Source of the DNA: a virus
Taxonomy: Duplodnaviria > Caudoviricetes
Direction: 5' to 3' (one strand)
IMG/VR virus record: IMGVR_UViG_3300047576_000104
Span: 36,989 to 100,988 of that record
DNA: 64,000 nt
Positions 20,333-30,945 of the stretch are shown in pieces. A program made the position numbers and the translations under genes. Every line of letters begins with the position of its first letter. The first letter of the stretch is position 1. Below the pieces are notes generated by a model. That model made no database searches and had not been told where the DNA came from. It was given only the letters and a program-made list of their open reading frames with translations.

Positions 20333-21335
20333 TGGTGAGAACAATCGCAAGCTGTCTGACGCTCAGGTGGATGAGCTGGTTCAGCAGTACCTAACTAGGT
20401 TGCCAGATGGCACTTGGAAGGGCGCTACTTTGCTGGCTCGTGAATTTGGTGTTAGTCAGCCTGTTGTCTCCAGGTGGCTTCGTATTCGCGGAGTCAGTAT
20501 TCGCTCAGCGCAGGAATCACATTCTGGAGGCAAAGCATGCAAGCCAGTTAAGAACCTGCCTGTTGGCGAGCCTCCAGTTTGTAAGTGTGCTTGTGGTCAG
20601 TTGACTGCGTGGAATCGTCGTAAGAATAGGTGGAATGTCTATGTGCCAGGGCACTATGTAGGGTCTCAGCGTGTAAATAAAGGGAATACTGGCGGCGTTG
20701 GCCGTGGGGCAAATAAGGGTCGGGCCGACGATCTTCTTTACAAGGATAGGGTTTGGCTAGACAGAGAGTATACTATCCTCTGTCGGAGTTCGGCTGATAT
20801 AGCTAGGCAGTTCGGTGTTTCTTCTGGTTCCGTGCGTAGGTATCTAGATAAGTTTTCTATTCCCAGGATCGTGGATAATTCCAGGAAGGGCAGGAGCGGT
20901 CCCGATAACGCTGCTTGGCGTGGTGGCGTGTCTGAGTTTGAGTACTGCTCTGACTGGAAGGCACTAGCAAGGTCTATCAGGCAGCGAGATAAGTACACGT
21001 GTCAGGACTGCGGTGAGTGCCGTAAGAACTGGGGCATTGCTCTGCACGTACATCACATCGATTGGGACAAGCAGAACAACGATCGTAGCAATCTGGTATC
21101 ACTCTGTACGGTGTGTCACAGGGTCCGGCACGGCGGGAAGCGTCTCCCCAAGACACAGCTAGGTAAGGTGCCGTACGCCGTAGACAAGACTTGTCATCAG
21201 TGCGGTAGTACATTCATGTCCAATCGATACGACAAGACCAGGCACTGTTCTCAGTCGTGTGCGGCTACGTGCCAGCACGCAGGGCTTTGTCCGGCTAAGG
21301 GGGTGGTTAACGGTGCGTATACTTCTAGTCTCTAA
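20319..21335 (+). CDS. HNH homing endonuclease with HTH repeats
   Basis: Two HTH-like segments; [10 protein letters not shown]...[26 protein letters not shown]. Confidence 0.85.
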   Translation: MFVPSGENNRKLSDAQVDELVQQYLTRLPDGTWKGATLLAREFGVSQPVVSRWLRIRGVSIRSAQESHSGGKACKPVKNLPVGEPPVCKCACGQLTAWNRRKNRWNVYVPGHYVGSQRVNKGNTGGVGRGANKGRADDLLYKDRVWLDREYTILCRSSADIARQFGVSSGSVRRYLDKFSIPRIVDNSRKGRSGPDNAAWRGGVSEFEYCSDWKALARSIRQRDKYTCQDCGECRKNWGIALHVHHIDWDKQNNDRSNLVSLCTVCHRVRHGGKRLPKTQLGKVPYAVDKTCHQCGSTFMSNRYDKTRHCSQSCAATCQHAGLCPAKGVVNGAYTSSL

Positions 21336-22570
21336 TGCCCCATGGGCATGCACTGGTTATTTATGGCACTCAGATTAGCCAGTTGGCTATCAGGCTGAAA
21401 GCTGCCGGTCATAAGGTGGCCCTGTTCGCCAATCATGGACTCAGTGGCGGAAAGACCGAGTGGAACGGCATACCTGTTTACCCCTCTGCCATTGATCCCT
21501 CTGGCAGCGATGTCCTTCACGGTCATGCCAATGACTGGAAGGCTGACGTGGTGATCATCTTGTACGATGCGTTCGCCATGAACGGTCAGGTCATTGGGCG
21601 GCTGTCACAGCATGTCTGCTTCTGGCAGCCAGTGGACTGTGAGCCGCTCGGTCGGGGAGACAGGGAACAGCTTAACGCTTCGGGTGCTCGGACCATCGCC
21701 ATGAGCAGGTTCGGTGCGCGGATGCTGAAGGAAGGCCGGGAAGGTGTTGGGCTGGATCCTATGTACGCGCCGCACGGGATCGACACGGAGAACTTGTTCG
21801 TGCCAGCGGAGCAGCAAGTGACGAGCAACTTCGTTGTTTCAAGGGAGAGGGCTAAGAACATTCTGCGTGAGCAGGAGAACATCCCGGAGGATGCTTTCGT
21901 GATCGGGATGAACTTCCACAACAAGGACTCCGAGCGCAAAGCAGCCTGGGAGCAGATGAGCGCGTTCGCTCTCTTCCATCACAGGCATCCCGACACCCTG
22001 CTGGTGCTGCATACCATGCCGCATCCGGTGATGAGTGGCCAGGATCTGATCGGCATGGCTGACTTCCTGGGCCTTGGGTCCTGCACCCGGTGGGCGGATC
22101 CGTACAGCCTCCTCGCTGGCAACTACACGCAGGAGGACATGGCAAAGTGGTATGCCCGGCTGAACCTGTACTCCGGGGCGTCTCGCGCTGAAGGATTCGG
22201 CCTGCCATTGATCGAGGCGCAGGCGTGCGGTGTTCCGGTGGTGACGACCAATGCTTCCGCCATGACAGAGCTGGTTGGCTCTGGCTGGCTGGTGAGCGGT
22301 CAGCCTTACTGGCACAAGGGGCAGCAGGCGACCTGGATTACCCCGGACATAGGGGACCTGGTAGTCGCTTACGAGGAGGCGTACGGCGGTCAGGCTGAGG
22401 CCAGGTCGGATGCCGCCCGTACGTTCAGCAAGAGGTTTAATGCCAACGTGGTGTTTGATATCTACTGGAAGCCGATCCTTACTCAGCTAGCAGAGATGCT
22501 TGAAGAGGGCGTTCTCCGAGACGCTGACCAGCAGCGAATCGTGCGGAGCGCAGCAGGGCAGTCAGGGTGA
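21313..22570 (+). CDS. Glycosyltransferase family 4 (GT-B); 4-nt duplication near 21357 breaks the N-terminus
   Basis: [19 protein letters not shown]; PHGID; ERKA; [21 protein letters not shown]. Confidence 0.9.
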
Positions 22571-22598
22571 TCAGCAGTAAGATGGCAGAAAGCCTATC

Positions 22599-22605
22599 TC
22601 GATAG
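22599..22605 (+). promoter_or_regulatory. Candidate late-promoter motif (T)CGATAG
   Basis: 8 nt before GTG 22614. Confidence 0.5.
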
Positions 22606-22613
22606 GAGTTGCT

Positions 22614-22799
22614 GTGACAGATACGCCTGAGCCGGAGGTTATGTGCCCAGAGGGCTGCGGGTGTCGTCTTGGCACTGAGGACGCTGACGCTCGTGAGTGT
22701 GGCTGTGACGGCCCCTGTACTGGTGAGACTGAGCCGCAGCCTGAGGTCAGGCATGTCTCTGATGGGGACTTCGGCTTCGGGGTGGCTGGACTACAATGA
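22614..22799 (+). CDS. Small Cys-rich protein
   Basis: CPEGCGC...CGCDGPC. Confidence 0.5.
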   Translation: MTDTPEPEVMCPEGCGCRLGTEDADARECGCDGPCTGETEPQPEVRHVSDGDFGFGVAGLQ

Positions 22800-23233
22800 C
22801 AGGCGCGGCGGTTACTTCCGGTGCCGGCAAGGATCTGGTCTTCAGCCAGAGGCCGCAGGATCTTCCTGATGCCAAGTACGCCATGTGGGATGCCCTGATC
22901 ACGGACATGCGCCGGGAGTCCGCCGCACTGCCCATGAACACCATGATGACGCTGCTGATCGAGCGCATCGCCACCATGTACGTGATGGTCAGGTTCCGTG
23001 AGGATGCCGGGGAGACGGACTGGGATCAGCTGCGCGGGATGCAGAAGCTCTGGCTCAACTACATGACGGAGTTCGCCTCTCAGTTGCAGCGGAACAGCCA
23101 GACCCCTGAGGAGCGGTTCCTTGCCAGGTTCAAGGCCAGCGTGACTGCTGCGGTGCGCAAGGTAGGCCCGGAAGCCACGGTGCGCGAGCTGCTGCCCGTC
23201 CTTGCGGAGGAGCTGAGTGAGTACGGTGTATGA
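22796..23233 (+). CDS. Helical hypothetical protein (terminase small subunit candidate)
   Basis: 145-aa helical ORF in late operon upstream of terL; no diagnostic motif. Confidence 0.4.
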   Translation: MTGAAVTSGAGKDLVFSQRPQDLPDAKYAMWDALITDMRRESAALPMNTMMTLLIERIATMYVMVRFREDAGETDWDQLRGMQKLWLNYMTEFASQLQRNSQTPEERFLARFKASVTAAVRKVGPEATVRELLPVLAEELSEYGV

Positions 23234-23986
23234 TGCGTAAGAAGTGCAAAGCTTACTGGTGGAGGGGTACCCCGAACTTCGGAGATCTTCTGGCTCCCCT
23301 GCTGCTCGATCGCTACGCCGGCATCAAGGCTGAGTGGGCCCCGATCTGCGGTGCCAGTATTGTATCTGTCGGTTCCATTTTGGAACATGTCGCTCCATTG
23401 TGGCCCGGGTACATCATCGGCAGCGGCAAGCTGTACGAAGACAGCCGACTCCACCTGCACACGGGCACTGCGACGATCCTGGGCGTACGCGGGCCGCTCA
23501 CCGCGAGGCAGTGCCCGCCCGGTACCCAGATGCTCGGCGATCCCGGTCTCCTGGCGGCCGAGCTGATCGACGACCCGGAGCCAGAAAAAACCTACGACCT
23601 CGGCATCGTGCCGCACTGGTCGGACGCGCATCTCGCCACGGACAAGCGCTTCTTCAGCGATAACTGGCACACCCAGGTTATTGATCCGACTCAGGACCCG
23701 ATGACGGTCATCTGCCAGATCAGCCGCTGCCAGAAAATCGTCACGTCCAGCCTGCACGGGATGATCATCGCGGACAGCTTCGGCATCCCGCGCCGGTTCG
23801 AGCCCGCCAAGAACTGGGATCAACAGTCAGGGCGGCATGTTCAAGTTCCGTGACTACCTGGCGTCGATCGGTGCCCCCTGGGTGGTGGGTGAGCAGACTA
23901 CGGTCAGTCGTCTTGCGGTGGCCGACAGATGTTACGAACTCCTGGACGCGTACGACGAGCTGGGCAGGCTGGTGCGCAAGAGATGA
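23230..23986 (+). CDS. Polysaccharide pyruvyltransferase; frameshift near 23830
   Basis: NFGDLL, VGSIL, GVRGPLT, GDPGLL, GIVPHW, SSLHGMIIADSFGIP; continues FKFRDY in another frame. Confidence 0.88.
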
Positions 23987-25435
23987 AACGTTTCTTGGCG
24001 TGGATGAAAGGACTTTTCTTGAGTCTCACAGGTCTGTTCAACCGGCAGTTTCGGCGTGGGCAGGGTATATCTCTCCTGGTACCGTTCAGGTCAGACGGCG
24101 CGCACCGGAACCCGGGTCTGGGAGTGGCTGCATGCCTACTGGGAGAACGAGCTACCAGGCGCCGAGATCGTCATGGGGCCAGTGACGAGCACAGACCCTT
24201 CTGCAAAACAGCTGCAGTCAACCGGGCATTCCGGGACTCGCATGGTGATGTTGTCGTGATTCTGGATGCTGACTGCTATCTGCCAGGCAGCGTCATCCTC
24301 GACTGCGCCAGGCGCATCCGGAGTGCGCGGCGGCGCGGCAGGAAGCTGTGGTTCATCCCGTATCGTCTGCCGAAAATAAAACACACTCATCACTGACTAC
24401 TCTCAACCACAGATGGCCAGTGATCACGCGTTACGGAAAGAGGGTCTGGCGCACATCAGCTACGCTCGATTCACATGACCGAATCCCTGTCGCAGCTGAA
24501 TGCGCAGACTTGCCAACCACAGCTAAGTACAGCGATGACGTCGTCGCTCTGGCCGGGTGGTTCTGGACGGAAGGGCATATCCGACGCGATGTAAGTATTA
24601 ATATTACCCAGTCGCAGGACGTTCATCCGGAGAACTGTGCAAAAATCGAGGCATCTCTGACTCGCCTGTTTGGTCCTGAGGTCCGTGTTTCTCCCGGACG
24701 GCCTCTCGGTCATGCTTCTCCACGTTGGCAGCAAAGCGGTGACCACTTCTTGCTGAACTCCGCAGCAAGCGAGCTGCTGCTTGAGCTGGCCCCCGGAAAA
24801 GTTCCAACTCGCGAATTCTGGTCATCAAAACGTCCATGCTCGGCGACGGTTCGAAAAAAGGAACAGGTCCGCGTAGCCGCAGCGGTGCAGCTCTTGAGCA
24901 GAAGAACCCTCTTGCAGTAGAGGCGTTTGCCTTCGCTCTTATCCTGTCCGGACGAGACGTCTCCCTCACCACCAGAGGGACACCGGCTCAGCGGACAAGA
25001 TTCAACTACCACATGACTGTCGTGAAGATCCACGAACGAGTACTTCGAGGCATCGTACCGGTTAGCAGGGCAACGCCCCGCGGTATGGATGGAACGTTCG
25101 AGAGGGTCAGCTACACGGGCGACGTCTGGTGTCCAACAACACCTAACGGAACGTGGCTAGCTCGTCGGAACGGTAAGGTCTACTTCACGGGTAACAGCGA
25201 AGACGTCTCGTTCATGATCGCCGTCGACACGCTGTACACGCTGCACCGTACGACAGGCAACGGCGTGTTCCATCTCTGGCACCCGCACACTGGCACCGAG
25301 CACTTCGAGCGCATGTGGGAGGGACAGGCTGCTCCGGGTGCTAACAACAAGCTGGCTACCTACTACTCGATGGCACGCGGGCGGTCTAAGAGGATGCGCG
25401 CTCTCACTCGCGAGCCCGGTGCAGGCGAGCTTTGA
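23983..25435 (+). CDS. Glycosyltransferase family 2 with intein (several frameshifts, apparent deletion near 24368)
   Basis: ISLLVPFR, KTAAVNRA, ILDADC (DxD); C-extein SEDVSF...FHLWHP. Confidence 0.75.
24372..25195 (+). mobile_element. LAGLIDADG intein with class 3 WCT signature (N-terminal block not visible)
   Basis: TLNHRW (block B), LAGWFWTEG and MLGDG (DOD), VWCPTT (block F), YFTGN|S (block G). Confidence 0.75.
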
Positions 25436-25522
25436 TCTGTGTGGGCCTGGCATGTCATTTATGATGTGGGTGTGATTAGTGATCCAGGGAACCGGGAGAC
25501 ATGGTACCCCGATTGAATAAGC

Positions 25523-27094
25523 GTGACTGAATCCCCGCTAGACAGGCTGCTGCGGCTGGCTGCCAGTGTCAGCCTGCTAGAGCCGACTGCGCTTGGTGAG
25601 GTGGACAAGTCCGGCGATGAGGGCGATGTCCATGAGCATCTGATGCGCGAGTGTCCCTGGTATAAGGCTGTCAGTGCCGGTGAAGGCGCTACTGATCCGG
25701 GCAAGCACTGCAAGGGCGGTCATTGCGGTGAAGGACACCTCGGCGCGCTGATCAAGTTCACTCCGCACACCGGAGAGGCGTCGACCGTAGACAAGCCGAC
25801 CGTTCCGCCTGGCGGCCCTGGCCTGTTCCATGTCAAGGGGCTTCACTTGCCGCCGTACTTTCAGCACCTATATCCGCATCTGGTTGCCCGCTACGGTAAG
25901 CAAGGGGCGTATAAAGTTGCCGTTGGCGTGGTCAAGAAGTGGGCTGCCGGTGTTAATCCTGGCGGGAAGCACCCAACTAAGACGCACCCGGATGTGAAGG
26001 CTGCTGCTTCGAAGAACATAGCTCAGTGGGAAGAGGATAAGGCTAAGGCTCATAAGCAGTCTGCCTCTCATGTGAAGGCAGCGGCTCCGCAGCCGAGTCC
26101 TATGGAGGGCGGTACTGTGAAGCTCCTTCCGCTGCCGCCTCCGCCAAAGAAGACCGCAGCGATGATGACCGCGCACCGGGTCAACGATATGAGGCTGAGC
26201 CTGGCACATGCGATCGAGCGCATGGATGCGGCGTGCAAGACCAAGGATCCGGAGATCAGGAAGTACGAGGCCGTCCATATCCGGAATCATCTGGCCAGGA
26301 CGATTAACGGCGGGCACTTGCTTGCGGATAACCTGCGCCGTAATTACCCGGCAGAGGGGCGTGAGCTGGACGCTACTATGAAGACACTCGGGCTGGCTAA
26401 GGCTTTGTCTCCGGCTATGATGTCAGCTACTACAGCACACTTGCTGGAGACGATCCTTAACGAGTGCACTCATGCTTCCAGGCATGCTCAGTTCCTGAGT
26501 AAGCCTGAGCCGTTCGCTGAATGGGATTTCAACGCCCGGCATGTCTCAGACCATCTGAATGGCGCGCTGAAGCACGCTGTTAAGCTGAGTGAGCACATCA
26601 TGGACAACTATCCTGCGGAGGCCAAGCTGCTGGCTGAGCTGGAGTCGCTTGGCACGACGATCAAGGCGGCAGCTCCACTGCCTGTCACGGTAGACTTGCC
26701 GACGCCGCAGGAACTGCGTAAGTTTGCCAGCGAGATCAAGAAAATGACAGATGATGCTGATTATCATCTGCGCGGTGCTCAGTTGCATCTGGAGTCGGCA
26801 GCTGAGCAGATGGTGACTAATCCGGTGAATGCCCTGATGAGCCTGCGCTCTGCGCAGACAGCTATTCAGCAGGTGTGGCGCCGGCGAGTGCAGCTTGCCG
26901 TTCCCAGTGCTGGGCAGAGCAGTCAGCAGCAGGCGTGGGCAAAGGTGCAGGCGCAGATAGGCGAGATACAGGGAGTTGCCGCAAAGATTTCCTGGTTCAT
27001 CAATAGGGTGCGCCGTGCCTACTACGGGAGAATGGGCCTGGAGTCCAGCACTGACGGAGGCGGCCTCGCTGGTTTGCACAGTGCGCATCCGTAG
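25523..27094 (+). CDS. Late-expressed multidomain protein with His-rich helical tandem repeat
   Basis: LPPYFQH...AVGVVKKWAAG domain; two ~80-aa repeats ending NYPAE; CCGATTG 7 nt upstream. Confidence 0.65.
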   Translation: MTESPLDRLLRLAASVSLLEPTALGEVDKSGDEGDVHEHLMRECPWYKAVSAGEGATDPGKHCKGGHCGEGHLGALIKFTPHTGEASTVDKPTVPPGGPGLFHVKGLHLPPYFQHLYPHLVARYGKQGAYKVAVGVVKKWAAGVNPGGKHPTKTHPDVKAAASKNIAQWEEDKAKAHKQSASHVKAAAPQPSPMEGGTVKLLPLPPPPKKTAAMMTAHRVNDMRLSLAHAIERMDAACKTKDPEIRKYEAVHIRNHLARTINGGHLLADNLRRNYPAEGRELDATMKTLGLAKALSPAMMSATTAHLLETILNECTHASRHAQFLSKPEPFAEWDFNARHVSDHLNGALKHAVKLSEHIMDNYPAEAKLLAELESLGTTIKAAAPLPVTVDLPTPQELRKFASEIKKMTDDADYHLRGAQLHLESAAEQMVTNPVNALMSLRSAQTAIQQVWRRRVQLAVPSAGQSSQQQAWAKVQAQIGEIQGVAAKISWFINRVRRAYYGRMGLESSTDGGGLAGLHSAHP

Positions 27095-27095
27095 C

Positions 27096-27102
27096 CCGAT
27101 AG
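27096..27102 (+). promoter_or_regulatory. Late-promoter motif CCGATAG
   Basis: Intergenic, immediately after a stop. Confidence 0.55.
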
Positions 27103-27137
27103 AGGTAGTCTGAAGATCCGGTCAGGAAGGCAGAGAC

Positions 27138-27884
27138 ATGTCGTCAGCGCTTGAGAAGGTACTTCGCCTTAAGGCCTCGCCTCAGTCAGAGCGGGTTGAG
27201 GCTCCTGATGAGATCCGGGTGCTTGTTCAGGCTGCTCATGTTGCGCTGACCGGGGCGTGCGGGTCCGATGATCCGGCGGTGATGGCAGAGCTGGTGCAGG
27301 CCGCAGCCGCGCAAGTGGCTAAGCTGTCTGAAGTTCTCTACACTGTCGGCGTGCCCATGGATCTGGTGTCCGCTACCGTGACTGGCCATCCGCTGGCAGA
27401 TGACCTGGTATGCCTCTCTGTGCTGACGGCTGAGGGCCGCCAGAAGGCCAAGGCTGCCGGGTACACGATCGCCGGCAGTGACGACTACCCCATCCCTGAC
27501 AAAGTTCACCTGTCCGCTGCTGTTGCCCGGTACAAGCAAGGCAAGTTCGCCGGTCATCCGGCGTCTGTGGTCAAGTCCCATATTCTCAAGCACGCACGGC
27601 GTCTCGGAACGGAAGTGGACCTGGCTGCTCCTTCTCTCCTGAATCAGTTCCGTGATGGCGAGGCTGCAGTGTTCCTGGCAGCTCCTCCGCCCGGCGCTCA
27701 GGACATTCCCATGCATCACGCGCCGTTCACCGGCACGCATTCGCACGCGCACTCGGTGTCCATGGTCCACGGGCACGATCATTCCCATCAGGGAGATAAC
27801 ATGCATGGCGGCGGGGCGCACGGCAGCAATGCAGCCAGCCAGAAGTCGTGGGCAGCCAAGGGCCAGTCGCCTCGGGACTACTAG
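27138..27884 (+). CDS. DUF6582-like head-region protein with His-rich tail
   Basis: YPIPDKVHLSAAVARY...HILKHARRLG; HxHxH repeats. Confidence 0.6.
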   Translation: MSSALEKVLRLKASPQSERVEAPDEIRVLVQAAHVALTGACGSDDPAVMAELVQAAAAQVAKLSEVLYTVGVPMDLVSATVTGHPLADDLVCLSVLTAEGRQKAKAAGYTIAGSDDYPIPDKVHLSAAVARYKQGKFAGHPASVVKSHILKHARRLGTEVDLAAPSLLNQFRDGEAAVFLAAPPPGAQDIPMHHAPFTGTHSHAHSVSMVHGHDHSHQGDNMHGGGAHGSNAASQKSWAAKGQSPRDY

Positions 27885-27885
27885 C

Positions 27886-27892
27886 CCGATAG
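27886..27892 (+). promoter_or_regulatory. Late-promoter motif CCGATAG
   Basis: 8 nt before terL ATG 27901, no SD. Confidence 0.65.
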
Positions 27893-27900
27893 CGCTGCGC

Positions 27901-30900
27901 ATGGCAGAGATTTCCGAGCTTTTCGGTTCGTGGGACTGGACTGAGCCGGAGAAGCCGAGTGAGTCCGCAGCTCCGCTGGCTGTGCAGTGGGTGGAAGAGC
28001 CTGTCCCGCTGACCGTGTTCGTCCGGGATCAGCGTTACCTGAAGAACCCCCCGTTGTCAGATGAGCAGTTCGCGGCGGTGCAGCATGCGGAGCGGGTCTA
28101 TTTCCCGGCCACCTATGCCGAGCTTGCTGCCAGCTCTGAGCCGGCGATTCGCGAGTACTGGTCTGAGCCAGTGCATATGGTCAACTTCATCACCCTGGAG
28201 TGGGGCAAGGGCGGCGGGAAGGACCACACGTGCCGTGTCATGTCCATGCGGGTGGCGTACCTGCTATTGTGCCTGCCGTCTCCGCAGGACTATTACGGTT
28301 TTGCCCCGCAGGATGAGATCCATTTGCTGAACGTGGCGTCCTCTGCACCGCAGGCTAACCGTGCGTTCTTTGGCCCATGCGAAAGGCGGTCACTCGTAAG
28401 GGATGCTGGCTGGACTCGTATGCCGATCCGCTGGTGGGCTCTGTCAAGTACGCGAATGGCATTGAGGCGATCAGCGGGCACTCGGACGCTGAGACTCAGG
28501 AGGGCCTGAACCTGATCCTTGCCGTGGCTGACGAGGTAGACGCGTTCAAGCGTGAGGAGGAGCTGGAGGTTCACCGGTCAAGCGCATCACGTGAGTCGAC
28601 CAAGAGCGCTGAGGCCATCCTCAAGATGATGCGGACGAGTATGGTCACCAGGTTTCCCTTGGTAGGGAAGAATGTTCGTATTTCCTACCCTCGGTACAAA
28701 GGCAGCGATGATCCAGCAGCTGGTGGCAGATGGGCGCAAGGAGCAGGTACGCGGCTTGGCGAGACTAGCCGACATTATGTGTCCGGTCCTCTGGCCACCT
28801 GGGACCGTTAATCCCGCTGCGCAGCCGTAGTGACTTTGATGCTGAGTACGAGGATGACCCGGTGCTGGCCAAGGCCAGGTACGAGTGTGATCCGGCGGCG
28901 GCTATCCATCCTTACTTCTCCAATGAGGTAGCGATCGAGAGCTGCATCCTGGAGGTGGATCAGGAGCCGCTGCTGGTGAAGTACGAGCCTGAACGGCATC
29001 GGATCATTCACCCGGACGGGGACACCTCTACCGTCCATTCGTGGACGACTGTCTACGATTTCGCGGCCAGGCTGCTGCCTAAGACCGGCGCTATTTATTC
29101 GATGCACGCCGACCTTGCCGTGAATAAGGACTGTGCCGGCCTCACCATGTCACATGTGCGCAGCTGGGATGAGCAGGAGGTTGTCGGCAAGGATCTTCAG
29201 GGCGGGGACGTTCGGATGCATGAGCGCCGGCCGTTTGTTGTCGTGGATTTCATGATCAAGTACGAGGCTGACCTCGGCGCTGACCCTCCCCGTGAGATCC
29301 AGATCAGGTGGGCCAGGGAGCTGTGCCTGGAGATGCGGCGGCGCGGGTTCAACGTCCGGTGGTTCTCGTACGACCAGTTCCAGTGCGTATCAGGAGATGT
29401 GAAGGTTCCCCTGCTTAACGGCACTACTAAGACCATGCAGGAGCTGGAAGGCAGCTCTCCGTTCTGGGTGTACTCGATACGTGACGGCCGGGTGGTTCCT
29501 GGGTTGTGCACTAAGGCGTGGTGTACTGGCCAGCGAGACGACATGGTTGAGGTAGAGCTGGACAACGGCGAGAAGGTCCGGACTACGGCTGATCATCTTT
29601 GGATGATGCGAGACGGCACTTATCGGCGTGCTGATGAGCTTCGACATGATGATTCTCTTATGCCGCTGTATCGGCAGATGAAGCCGTTGTCTAAGGACAC
29701 ACCAGAGGCGTTGTATGAACAGGTCTGGCATCCTGAGCCGGATGGTTCTGGCAAGCGCTGGCGGTTCACGCACTCTATGGTCTCGCACTACTGTTACGGA
29801 AAGTTGCCGCGCGGATGGGTGACACACCACAAGAACTTGCGTAAGACGGACAATACACCTGACAACCTAGTGCAGCTGACCAATCAGGCACACACTGAGT
29901 TGCATCAGCAGATGGCAGGCAGTCATTTCGTTGACCTCTGGGGTGATCCTGAGTGGAGTGCAGCTCATCGTGCGCGCTTGTCTCGGCGCAGGTCTGAAGA
30001 GCAACTAGGTAAGACAGGTCGCGAGTCTAAGCGGTACAGGCAGGACATCACGTTTGAGTTGGTTAGACAGACGGCTGCGAGTGTGCTGGAGCATGGAGAA
30101 AAGCTGGCTTGGAGGGCCGTGGCACAGAAGCTGGGCTGTTCTCAGGGTCTTCTCTTTGCGAGGCTACGGGAGGCTGGGTTCCCATCTTGGAAGGAGTTTA
30201 AGTGGTCTGTTCAGCCTCGTAGTTATCACGCATTGGCTACGGCTAAGAGCAAAGTGAAGAAGGCGGCTATCAATCACAAGGTAGTGGCGGTGCGTCTGTC
30301 GTATCCGGAGAAGGTCTACGATCTTCAGGTGGAGGAGCATCACAACTTCGCTATAGACGCTGGGGTTTTCGTTCACAACAGCGTGGACTCCATGCAGATT
30401 CTCGAAAGCAACGGCATCGAGACGAAGCGGGTGTCTACCGACCTGACGGTGGAGCCGTACCGTGGACTGCGCGACCTGTTCAATGAGGGCCGTATCGAAT
30501 TGCCGCTGAAGTACAGGGAAGGGACAGAGCCGGCTATTCTGCGCGAGCTGTACGGGCTCAATAAGCAGTCGAGCGGCAAGCTGGACCATCCGGTGGGCGG
30601 AGCGAAAGACCTGGCGGATAGCCTGGCTTGCTCGGTGCAGGGGGCTGTCCAGCTGGGAGGCCAGGAGGACGGCGGTGTTACCGTGCTCGGCGGCCAGAAC
30701 TTCTACGGCCGCGAGCCTTGTCCCATGCTTGACATGCCGATCGGTTTTGTTCCTCCGGTAGCTTCCTCGGCTGACGGGTTCAATCCCTATGAGGTGATGC
30801 AGAGCCGGGTTGATCTCAGTTACTGGGAGGATGTGATCTTCGGAGGGGATGAGGAACGCGAGCTGGAGATGCCCAGGTTCTATGGTCCTGGCAGCCTTGA

Positions 30901-30910
30901 GCAGGACTAA
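27901..30910 (+). CDS. Terminase large subunit with intein (frameshifts ~28378-28820)
   Basis: Walker A WGKGGGKD, Walker B AVADEVDAF, ISYPR; nuclease MHADLA, YDQFQ|S, KLDHPVGGAKDLADSLAC. Confidence 0.9.
29384..30379 (+). mobile_element. Intein (332 aa) with HNH endonuclease in terL nuclease domain
   Basis: Q|CVSGDVKV...RTTADHLWM...THHKNLRKTDNTPDNL...VYDLQVEEHHNF...VHN|S. Confidence 0.92.
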
Positions 30911-30930
30911 GGCGCAGATAGATATTACAC

Positions 30931-30937
30931 CCGATAG
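30931..30937 (+). promoter_or_regulatory. Late-promoter motif CCGATAG
   Basis: 8 nt before portal ATG 30946. Confidence 0.65.
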
Positions 30938-30945
30938 CACCATGC

